DNA from: an uncultured Rickettsiales bacterium
GTDB lineage: Bacteria; Pseudomonadota; Alphaproteobacteria; RF32; CAG-239
Direction of reading: 5' to 3'
DNA length: 64,000 nucleotides
Assembly (NCBI GenBank): GCA_900551865.1
Contig: URXV01000005.1
Span: 29,535 to 93,534 of the forward strand
Shown: one piece after another, positions 17,858 to 25,887 of the stretch
How positions within the stretch are numbered: position 1 is the first letter of the stretch
Layout of the letters: each line of letters opens with the position of its first letter
Position numbers and translations under genes: made by a program
Notes under the pieces: generated by a model
Database searches by the model: none
What the model saw: only the letters and a program-made list of their open reading frames with translations
What the model was told of the DNA's origin: nothing

Positions 17858-19615
17858 ATGAAACTGGAAATAACCAATCCGCAAAGCCCTCTGCACTGCA
17901 GCGTCATGTTGCAGGAGCGCCGCAAGTCCGGCGTTCCGTTGACGCCGGATTTCTGCCGCGAGATTCTGACGTCGTCCGCTAACCAGAGCGTTGCCGGAAA
18001 ACTGCTGGATATGATAGGGAACCGCTTATCTGCCGCGCCGCAGGAGCTGGATGCGTACCTGCCTTACATTGAAGCGATGGTTTCCCGGACGGTCGCCACG
18101 CCGAAAATTATCGAAAAAGCAGCCAATCTTGTCAATGAATTTTTCCCGTATGACAATTATACTGCCGAAGAATACGCTTTTGCCTGTCGCTTTGCGACAT
18201 TGAAAAAGCACGCTGCAAATTCGGCATGCATTGCGCAGAAACTGTTGAAACGCGTTAAAAACGGTGTCCGCGGCGATGCCGGAACGGTATATAATCCCGA
18301 AAATCCCCGTTTTAATCTTGATGCCGGCATTTACTCGGCGTATCCTGAAAGGCTGGCTCCCGATATGGTGCGAATGCTGCGCGGCTTTTGCCGGAGCGGC
18401 GGTATCCGTTTCTCCAACCCCGGCTCCGATATCCATTCCGACGCATCCTCCCGCTCCGGTTCTGGCATCCATTCCGACACATCCTCCCGCTCCGGTTCTG
18501 GCATCCATTCCGATACATCCTCCCGCTCCGGTTCTGGCATCCATTCCGATACATCCTCCCGCTCCGGTATCCGTCCCGGCCTTTATGATGACGCGCCGTC
18601 TGCTGCCGATATCTTTCTGGTGGGAGAAATGGGGGATTTGCTTGCTCCTTGTGCAGCGGGGCTGCTGCAATCCAATCCCGGCGACATATTTGATGTTGTA
18701 GCCTGGCTCGGTATTGCGGCGGCGGAATTGTCTTCTCCGGCGCAAAAAGATATCTGTGCCGGCAGCCAGAAACGCATTTTATACGCGCTTCGCAATGTGC
18801 GGGAATTGCCGTCCGAAATGCTGCATGGCGAAAAGGCGTTGTTCCCGCTGCTGCTTGACGCAGTCGGCGTCCGTCCGGCAGACAAGGAATTCCCCGCTTT
18901 AGCCCGCCAGGGAAAAGAAATCTATGCCGGGTTCTTGCCTCTGATGTGCCGGTTTCATTTTGTCGAGGCTTTTCTCCCCCGGCTTTTGGAACAGAAGGTT
19001 GATGTGAGGACATGCCTGCAGGAGAAAAAATATCAGGGAACGCCGGAACTGCTGAATGTCAGCCTGCCGGAGCTTGCTTCCCGTGCCGGAAGCGTTGACG
19101 AAGCGGCATGGCTGCTGCATGAATGTTTTGCATTTCGGGTCTGCCGCAATACCGTAACGCAGTGGCTGCGTTATCCGGAAACCTCCGGCGCCCGCCTCTA
19201 TGAAGACTATCTGATTGCGCAAAAGGAGGGGAACGCGACCGTCAGCGAGCTTGCCGCCGCCGTCAACCGCGGCGCATTGTCCAACTTCCGCCTGATTGCC
19301 CTCGCCAATCGCGAGCCTTTTGTAAACAAGCCGCGGACGGATTTGCGCGATAACGGGCTCAAAGCGCTGTTGAATGTTTATTGTGAAGCCTATGCCCGCA
19401 AAGCGGAACCCCCGGAAGACGTTTACAAGTCGATTTATAATGTGCGTTTCGGCAAAAGCGGACGGCTGGAGCAGGATCCGCGCAAACCGCTGGAACTTTT
19501 CCGTCTGGCTGTTGCGGAACTGGGATATAAGCGCCAGCCGCCTGAATTGGCAAAACTGACGCGTCCCGGCTACGGATACAACCGTCTGCTGCTGAAAAAG
19601 CCGTTTACGCGCTGA
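17858..19615 (+). CDS. hypothetical large helical protein with in-frame 12-aa tandem repeat; paralog of the next gene
   Basis: N-terminal block RRKSGVPLTPDFCREILTSSANQSVAGKLL matches RNERRPLTPDFCLGILASSANPAVTAKLL in the next ORF. Start at 17858 preferred (GGGGG SD). Confidence 0.75.
   Translation: MKLEITNPQSPLHCSVMLQERRKSGVPLTPDFCREILTSSANQSVAGKLLDMIGNRLSAAPQELDAYLPYIEAMVSRTVATPKIIEKAANLVNEFFPYDNYTAEEYAFACRFATLKKHAANSACIAQKLLKRVKNGVRGDAGTVYNPENPRFNLDAGIYSAYPERLAPDMVRMLRGFCRSGGIRFSNPGSDIHSDASSRSGSGIHSDTSSRSGSGIHSDTSSRSGSGIHSDTSSRSGIRPGLYDDAPSAADIFLVGEMGDLLAPCAAGLLQSNPGDIFDVVAWLGIAAAELSSPAQKDICAGSQKRILYALRNVRELPSEMLHGEKALFPLLLDAVGVRPADKEFPALARQGKEIYAGFLPLMCRFHFVEAFLPRLLEQKVDVRTCLQEKKYQGTPELLNVSLPELASRAGSVDEAAWLLHECFAFRVCRNTVTQWLRYPETSGARLYEDYLIAQKEGNATVSELAAAVNRGALSNFRLIALANREPFVNKPRTDLRDNGLKALLNVYCEAYARKAEPPEDVYKSIYNVRFGKSGRLEQDPRKPLELFRLAVAELGYKRQPPELAKLTRPGYGYNRLLLKKPFTR
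18421..18567 (+). repeat. 36-bp in-frame tandem repeat x ~4 (GSGIHSDTSSRS)
   Basis: Near-identical units CCGGTTCTGGCATCCATTCCGAYACATCCTCCCGCT with no spacers, all coding. Confidence 0.9.
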
Positions 19616-19743
19616 CCTCGCAGTCTAAGCCCCACAGAAGCTCCGGAGTTGTGTCGTCCCAGACTTATTCAAAGCAGGCGCCGGCCTCGCCGCACGTTAT
19701 CAGGGCAGAGCAGGGAAGACAATTGAAAAAGGAAAGGAACCCA

Positions 19744-21912
19744 ATGTTGCACCCGATATCGGTTACCGCAGAAAAAAGCCCGCTGCTGACGGCGGCGGAA
19801 GTGATGAAACACCGCAACGAAAGGCGCCCGTTGACGCCTGATTTCTGCCTTGGCATACTGGCATCGTCCGCCAATCCGGCCGTAACTGCAAAATTGTTGC
19901 AACGGATAGAAATGCATCTTACAGACCACCCGAAAGAAACGTCGGCGTATGTACCGGTACTTGGCGCATTATGGTTTCGCTCCCGCCATCATGCCCGAAA
20001 TATGGAATTGGTGGCGCGTATCTCCCTGAACGGTATTTCAGCCTCTCTGGCGGCGGCAGCTCCTGTGCTTTCCGCTCCGGCATCGCCGCAAGACCAAAAC
20101 GCATCCGCTGCGGTTTCGATATTCCCTGCTTTGGTATCTCCTCAAAATACGCCTGCCTCTCCTCAAAATACGCCTGCCTCTGTTTTCCAAGCCACCGCTA
20201 TGGCTCAGGGAACGGAAGCTGAAAGCGAATTGGCCGCGCTGCTGCTGATGTCGGAAAATCTTTCCTCGGAACAAATGGCGGAAGTGGAAAAACTAGCGCG
20301 CAGGCTTCCGCCTTTACCCGTTTTAACGCAGAAAAAGCTGAAAGAAACCGTTTTTTTGACCAGGTTGGCAGAAGACGGCTGTCATGACGTAAAAACGGAA
20401 GTGGCAGCCAGAACCGAAGGCAATCCGGAGCTGACATTCCGGGCGCAGCAAATTCTCGCCCGGCAGGGCAAACTGCAATATGATGAAAACTGCAGCGACG
20501 CCTGGAACTTCTGCGCTATGGGCGTCTTGAATCTGCATGAGCCAGGGAATTATCCGGCTTCGGAAATGTATAACCGCCTGATACAACAGCCGGATTGTGA
20601 GATGCAAAATTATCCTTTGTCCGTTTTGGCAGGAATTGGGCATATCCGGTGTTCCGAAGGATTCGCCTCAGAACAGCGCCTTCGGGTTTTGCATCTGGTT
20701 GGATTGTTGGAGCAGGGGAATAAGCCGGTGCGTTGGCTGCAGTATCCGGATTTATGTTATAAGGCTGTGTCAGGGGTATCGGTATCGCTGGCAAGCGGCG
20801 GAGTTTGCCGTTCGGGAATGCAGGACGAAGGCATAGCCAAAGAGTTTTCCGCCGTTTTTTCCCGCCTGCTGCATATCTACAGCCGCGATACGGAAACCGG
20901 CGCAATTCCCCGCACGGAAACGGATGCCGAAATTCCCGGTGTATCCGGGTGTCTTGGGCTTTTGCTTGAAGCTCAGTGCGGCCGCAGGGAGAAAGCGGCG
21001 GATTTTGCCGCAGATATCGTCAGAAATTACTGGATGCTGCGGCAAAGCGACCTGCTGGCATTAATCTTTGATTATGCCGCATCCCGGAATGTTTTGGATA
21101 AAATAGTTGATGAAAGATCGGGGCTGAACGTCTATCAGCTGCAAAAACCGCCGGCAGAATATCTTTCTCAGATAAAGTCGTCTCAGAAAATGTATGATTT
21201 TCTGAAAGGCTTTCGCGTTCATGCCGATGAAGAACAGGCAATTGACGATTTTCCCGAGTTGGCACTGGAAAATATTGCAACCCATGATTTTTTCCGCAAG
21301 GGAGAAAATCCGGAAATTTCAACCCGCCGGCTGCTTATCGCTGCCGATGCCAATTTTGAAATAGCCCGCCGCCTGTTTGAAGAAGAAGGAACCCTCGACC
21401 GTTCAAAGAAAATAAAAGAATTGATGCTGGAAACGGTTCATGGGCTGGTGCGCAATTTCGAAATCGCCCGGCAGTTGGCGTACGAAGGCGCCGATGATAT
21501 TTATGAGCGGCTTGCCGCTTTTTGCGCTGACGAGAAACATCAATATGCAAAAGAAGGGTATAACAGCCACTATGTTGCTGCCGTCTTGATAAACCGCCGT
21601 GTCAGCGAGGACAGTCCTTTGCAGGATTTGAGTTTTGCCAAACCGCAGAAGGCTGCCGGAATTTTAGCCAAAATTCGTGCCGTACAGCTTCGAAATAAGG
21701 TCGCTTCTTCCGCAGATGCCGCTGCCGTTTCGGCTTCATCTTCAACCATTGCCTCCAATTCGGAAGTTTCCCGCAGGGGGCATAATGCCGGAGCCGGTGC
21801 TTGTTCCCCAAAGCCCGAACCGGGCGCAGAGCAAAAACAGGAACAGACAGGGAACCTGTTTTCCCGCATAAAAAATCAATTGTTGAAAAGACGGCAGCAC
21901 GGCCGCTGGTAA
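19744..21912 (+). CDS. hypothetical large helical protein, paralog of 17858..19615
   Basis: ATG 19744 follows AAGGAAAGGA. The GTG 19651 start of the ORF track adds 31 aa. Shares the N-terminal block with the previous gene. Confidence 0.75.
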   Translation: MLHPISVTAEKSPLLTAAEVMKHRNERRPLTPDFCLGILASSANPAVTAKLLQRIEMHLTDHPKETSAYVPVLGALWFRSRHHARNMELVARISLNGISASLAAAAPVLSAPASPQDQNASAAVSIFPALVSPQNTPASPQNTPASVFQATAMAQGTEAESELAALLLMSENLSSEQMAEVEKLARRLPPLPVLTQKKLKETVFLTRLAEDGCHDVKTEVAARTEGNPELTFRAQQILARQGKLQYDENCSDAWNFCAMGVLNLHEPGNYPASEMYNRLIQQPDCEMQNYPLSVLAGIGHIRCSEGFASEQRLRVLHLVGLLEQGNKPVRWLQYPDLCYKAVSGVSVSLASGGVCRSGMQDEGIAKEFSAVFSRLLHIYSRDTETGAIPRTETDAEIPGVSGCLGLLLEAQCGRREKAADFAADIVRNYWMLRQSDLLALIFDYAASRNVLDKIVDERSGLNVYQLQKPPAEYLSQIKSSQKMYDFLKGFRVHADEEQAIDDFPELALENIATHDFFRKGENPEISTRRLLIAADANFEIARRLFEEEGTLDRSKKIKELMLETVHGLVRNFEIARQLAYEGADDIYERLAAFCADEKHQYAKEGYNSHYVAAVLINRRVSEDSPLQDLSFAKPQKAAGILAKIRAVQLRNKVASSADAAAVSASSSTIASNSEVSRRGHNAGAGACSPKPEPGAEQKQEQTGNLFSRIKNQLLKRRQHGRW
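20137..20178 (+). repeat. perfect 21-bp tandem duplication (SPQNTPA x2)
   Basis: TCTCCTCAAAATACGCCTGCC occurs twice back to back. Confidence 0.9.
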
Positions 21913-21997
21913 TATACCGCCGCTTTTGTTTGCAGCAGCTGCTTTGATTCCTCGTCTTTGGCCGCAACCGCCTTTATTCGCTTTCTTTATTTGTGGC

Positions 21998-22036
21998 CGC
22001 CGCTTTTATTCGCCGCTTTTATTCGCCGCTTTTGTT
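21998..22036. repeat. 13-bp tandem repeat x3 (CGCCGCTTTTATT) in a convergent spacer
   Basis: Units at 21998, 22011 and 22024. The 19-mer CGCCGCTTTTGTTTGCAGC also occurs at 21918 and 22024. Confidence 0.8.
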
Positions 22037-22068
22037 TGCAGCCTTTTGTCATACTGCATCTTACAAAA

Positions 22069-25000
22069 TTAATTTCTGCCCGATAGCTTTTTGTTTAGGA
22101 GCGTCGAAATATTATTGAAATAATGCTGTGTAATAGCGGGAAGGGAAGCCGGTTCAAGCTTCTGCCGCAGTTCGGCGCGTTTTTCCAGTTCGCGCCTGAT
22201 TCTGGTGTCGGCTTCATCGTCAATCCATGCCGTTACATCAACATACCATCCGCCTTTGCCGAACCGGGCACGGCGCCTGTCGCGCAAAACGTTGGAAAAC
22301 GTATTCTCGTTGCCCCAGTGGTTGTTATTGAAAGCGCAATAGGTATAAGCGTCCTGCGATGCCGTATTCATCGACGGGAAAAAGCCGTTATAATGCTGGT
22401 TGCCCGCGGCGTTTCTTCTGAAACCGCTTTGCAGGATAGAATTGGGATGGTTGCGCATATGGTCCTTGATGTCGCGTTCCAGATTTTCCGAATAGATAAT
22501 GCGGTTGGAGTATTTTTTGTATATATCCCGCATGCCGGTTGTGCTGTGAGCGCTGATTTTGCATTTTTCAATAATGCTGCCGACGGCTTCGCCGACAAAA
22601 CTTTCGGGATTTTCCTTTTTGAAGATTTCGTATGCCTGGCAGAAGCTGGCCATGCTCATTCCCGCGCAGTAAAGCCCGCGGTCGATTTTGCCGTAAATTC
22701 CCTGCCGGGCAAGGGCTTTGTTTGCAGCGTCAAAGGCTTGGCGCTTTTCTCCGTAGGAAAGCCTGATAACGTTGTTGTAACTGCATTGCGCATAAATTTT
22801 GCAAAACGTTTCCATATCTTTTTGTTTTTGGGCTTCCATAATTTCTTTTTCGTTGTCGGCATTGGCGGTTTCGTGGGATATTTCCGTCAGAAAAGGGTTA
22901 TCCGCAAACAGATTGAAATCTTCATTGTCCAGCATCGGAATGCCGGTCCGTCTGTCTAAATCAAGCGTCGGTTCATAAGCAAAACTCGAGTTGATAACCG
23001 CCTGTCGGGCAATTTCTTCGGCATTTGCTGCGTCATAAGGAACCGGCATATTGAACTGGCTTTGCTGGATGGCGGCATACAGGTTGTTTTCCTGCGTCTG
23101 GTCAGATGCCGTTGCGTTAATTGCCGCAATCATTTCGTGCCAGTCGCCGGCATTGACGTCCCGGCCGAGGCTCAGGTTTTCCAGAGCCCGTCTCTGGCTG
23201 TCTGGCAGCGTTTTCCCGTTCAAATCGTAAAAATCGGTTATCGTGGAGGCAATCGCGGCAACGGAACCACCCTTGTCCTGGTTTTTCATCAGGGCATAAT
23301 ACAGATAGGCGCCCATACTGCGGTTTTGGATATAGGCAATGCCGTATTTGTCGAATATCTCGGTTTTGGCGATGATGCGCGCCTCGTCAAACGAAAGGCT
23401 GCCGTAACCGCCGACGCGGTAAAAATTGGCCGTGGCTTTTTGGTTGCGCATAAACTTGGCATACAGTTCCCTGCTGACGCCGTATTTTCCGCCGCTTCCG
23501 TATGTTTCGTTGCTTTTGCTGAAACAGAGGTTGAAAAAGTCGATATTCGGAACATTGTGCAGTTTGTCGTTTTGAACGAGCGGTACGGGGACTTCATAGT
23601 CCGCTTCGTTAATGGGCTGCTCCGGCGGGTTCATAAACGCGCTCCAGCTCAGATCCGGTTCGGTTATGGAAAAATCCTGCGTCTGAAAGCCGAAAGCTTC
23701 GTTGACGCTTGCATAATAGGTTGCCGCTTTGTCCAGAACTTCCTGCGGCAGGGTAAATGTGCCGGAGGTCATGGAAATTTTATCTAAATCAAAAGCCGGT
23801 CCGGCGTTTTGTATTCCCTTAAAACCGAGATAACCCATTCCAACCAGCGGAATGCTGATAGCGGCATACTTCAGGGTCTTTTGGCTTTTTTCACGGACTT
23901 TCTGTTTAAATTCAATAATTTTAGCTTTCTTTTCCTGGCGTTTTTGTGTTTTATAATTTTCGATATTCAGCGTAATTGTCCTGATTTTTTGCTGTGTGCC
24001 GAGCTCTAACCCTTCTGCCGTTTTGGCCGGCTGCATCTTTATCGGTTGCATCTTTACTGCCTGTTTCGGCGCTTGTTTATCCTTCCGCTTTGGCGCAAAA
24101 AGCTTCCGCGCTTTTTCTGCCGTCATTTTGACGGGGGCGGACGCACTGTGGCAAACGGCGGCAATAGTTTCGACAATCGCCTGTTTTTCTCTTCCTGCCC
24201 AAGACTTTAGGCGTCCCAGCCATGAGCGGAACCGCGCCTTCCGCAGAGCCTTTTGCTGTTGCTTCAGTTCTTTGCGGCGCTGCTTTTCGGCCTCTTTGCG
24301 CTTTTTTTCGGTTTCGCGCCGCTGCCTTGCTGCCTCCTTTTGCTGTTGCTTCAGTTCTTTGCGGTGCTGTTTTTCGGCTTCCCGGTGTTGTCGGGCCATT
24401 TCTTCCTGTTGTTGTTTGAGGGCGGCTCTGCGTTGTTTTTCTTCCTTCCGGCGTTGTTTCTCGGTTTCGCGCCGGGTCTGTTTCTGCTGTTTCGGCTCTT
24501 GTATGCGCTGCCTGTCCGCCGGCTGCGGCGCATAGGCGTCACTTTGCCGCTCGTTGTTTCGGCTGGCAGAGTTTGTCGTTTGGTTTTGCCGGGAAGAAAC
24601 CGCTGCCTGCTCATAATGTTCCAAAAAATCTTTCAGGCTGCCTTTGTGGCGGGACAAAGCCATGCGAAAATCTTTTGCCGCCTGTCCGTGCAGGCCGAAT
24701 GTGTCAAGCGTCCGTTCCAGATAAACGAAATTGGCTTTTTTATTGAGCGCTTTGGCATTTTGCTCCAAAAGGGAACGGCCGTTTTGGTTGTCTTTGTAGC
24801 GGGCAAATTCGGCAAGCAGTTTGGTCGCCGTTTTTTCACCCGCCGCTGCGGCGTTCTCCGGCTGCGCCACCGCCGTCCTGTCGATAGCACTCGTCTTATC
24901 AGCGCCGGCAGCATTCCGGATTGTCGCTGCCGCCGTCCGTTCAGTTGCCGTTTTTGCCGGGCTTTCGGCTGTGGCCGTTTCTGCTCGGTCAAATGTCGCC

Positions 25001-25701
25001 GTATTTCCGGCAGCGGTTGTTACGGTTCGTCCGGCTGTTGTTTCCGCCGCTGCTTTTAATTCGGTAAAGCGTATTTTGCCGGCTTCGTCGCGCGCCGCCT
25101 GAAGCATCAGCGTACCATTGCTTGGGTGGAGAGGGGAAAAGGCCGCCATTGCCTCTGCGGCTGTTTTCACCGTGTCATTGTCAAAGGCAAGCTGCAGAAA
25201 TTCTTTTTGGTAATCTGAATTTTTCAAAGTTTCGCCGATGTTGCCGGCGTCTTGAAGCTGGTTTGCAAGATCTTTGGGAGAAATAGCAAAAGCATAAGCC
25301 AGCCGCTCAAACTTGTCCCGGTTGCGTTTATTGCGCAGGTCTTTGACGCTGAAATCGTATTCTTCCTCAATTTTGGCAAAGGCTGTTTCGGCCATTTTTT
25401 CCGCAAGCATCTGCCGGTGGACTTCTCCGGTCAGAACCATGCGAGCCTTGCCGAGCGCCATAAAGGCGGGAATATTGTCTTCTCTGGCAAACTGTTCCTG
25501 CAGGCTCTTCAGGCGGTCTTGGCAGCTGTGCAGATAGTCTTTGACCCGTTCGTCGTAGCTGCGGGCGGCCTCAATATATTTGTCGGGATTTTTCCTGAAA
25601 TCCTTTTCTTTGAGCGAAATTCCGAGAAAGCGGCATTTTTCCTGCAGCTCTTCAAAATATTCTTTGTCCAATCCGTCGTTTCCTCTGCTAAAGCTTGGCA
25701 T
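22069..25701 (-). CDS. very large hypothetical membrane protein (N-terminal domain, A/T-rich linker, K/R/E/Q coiled coil, one TM helix, ~600-aa C-terminal domain)
   Basis: ATG 25701 (MPSFSRGND) is preceded by GAGG. TM segment YAAISIPLVGMGYLGF follows the charged repeat region (EKQRRKELKQQQ). C-terminus is ...LLNKKLSGRN. Confidence 0.8.
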   Translation of the reverse strand: MPSFSRGNDGLDKEYFEELQEKCRFLGISLKEKDFRKNPDKYIEAARSYDERVKDYLHSCQDRLKSLQEQFAREDNIPAFMALGKARMVLTGEVHRQMLAEKMAETAFAKIEEEYDFSVKDLRNKRNRDKFERLAYAFAISPKDLANQLQDAGNIGETLKNSDYQKEFLQLAFDNDTVKTAAEAMAAFSPLHPSNGTLMLQAARDEAGKIRFTELKAAAETTAGRTVTTAAGNTATFDRAETATAESPAKTATERTAAATIRNAAGADKTSAIDRTAVAQPENAAAAGEKTATKLLAEFARYKDNQNGRSLLEQNAKALNKKANFVYLERTLDTFGLHGQAAKDFRMALSRHKGSLKDFLEHYEQAAVSSRQNQTTNSASRNNERQSDAYAPQPADRQRIQEPKQQKQTRRETEKQRRKEEKQRRAALKQQQEEMARQHREAEKQHRKELKQQQKEAARQRRETEKKRKEAEKQRRKELKQQQKALRKARFRSWLGRLKSWAGREKQAIVETIAAVCHSASAPVKMTAEKARKLFAPKRKDKQAPKQAVKMQPIKMQPAKTAEGLELGTQQKIRTITLNIENYKTQKRQEKKAKIIEFKQKVREKSQKTLKYAAISIPLVGMGYLGFKGIQNAGPAFDLDKISMTSGTFTLPQEVLDKAATYYASVNEAFGFQTQDFSITEPDLSWSAFMNPPEQPINEADYEVPVPLVQNDKLHNVPNIDFFNLCFSKSNETYGSGGKYGVSRELYAKFMRNQKATANFYRVGGYGSLSFDEARIIAKTEIFDKYGIAYIQNRSMGAYLYYALMKNQDKGGSVAAIASTITDFYDLNGKTLPDSQRRALENLSLGRDVNAGDWHEMIAAINATASDQTQENNLYAAIQQSQFNMPVPYDAANAEEIARQAVINSSFAYEPTLDLDRRTGIPMLDNEDFNLFADNPFLTEISHETANADNEKEIMEAQKQKDMETFCKIYAQCSYNNVIRLSYGEKRQAFDAANKALARQGIYGKIDRGLYCAGMSMASFCQAYEIFKKENPESFVGEAVGSIIEKCKISAHSTTGMRDIYKKYSNRIIYSENLERDIKDHMRNHPNSILQSGFRRNAAGNQHYNGFFPSMNTASQDAYTYCAFNNNHWGNENTFSNVLRDRRRARFGKGGWYVDVTAWIDDEADTRIRRELEKRAELRQKLEPASLPAITQHYFNNISTLLNKKLSGRN
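24249..24378 (-). repeat. in-frame 87-bp duplication inside the coiled-coil region
   Basis: 43-nt blocks at 24249-24291 and 24336-24378 differ at 2 positions. Confidence 0.8.
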
Positions 25702-25830
25702 CCAAAACCTCAATTCAGTTTTTTAAATCAAAGTATAAAACCTTTATACCATGTTATAAACAAAAAATCAACATTATTTGTGCGTATTTTGGCAATTTTT
25801 TTGAAAGCCGGTTAAAAAGCGATATGCAGG

Positions 25831-25879
25831 CAAAAAAAATCCCCGGAGCACGCATGTTGCAATGCAGTGTCCGGGGATT
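25831..25879 (-). terminator. rho-independent terminator of the 25888..27663 gene
   Basis: AATCCCCGGA/TCCGGGGATT stem (25838-25847 and 25870-25879), followed on the minus strand by T8. Confidence 0.6.
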
Positions 25880-25887
25880 AAAAAAAG

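Noticed and set aside
18421-18567. Regular 36-bp repeats that could superficially suggest a CRISPR array
   Set aside because: The units are directly adjacent with no spacers, are in frame within a coding sequence, and no cas genes are present.
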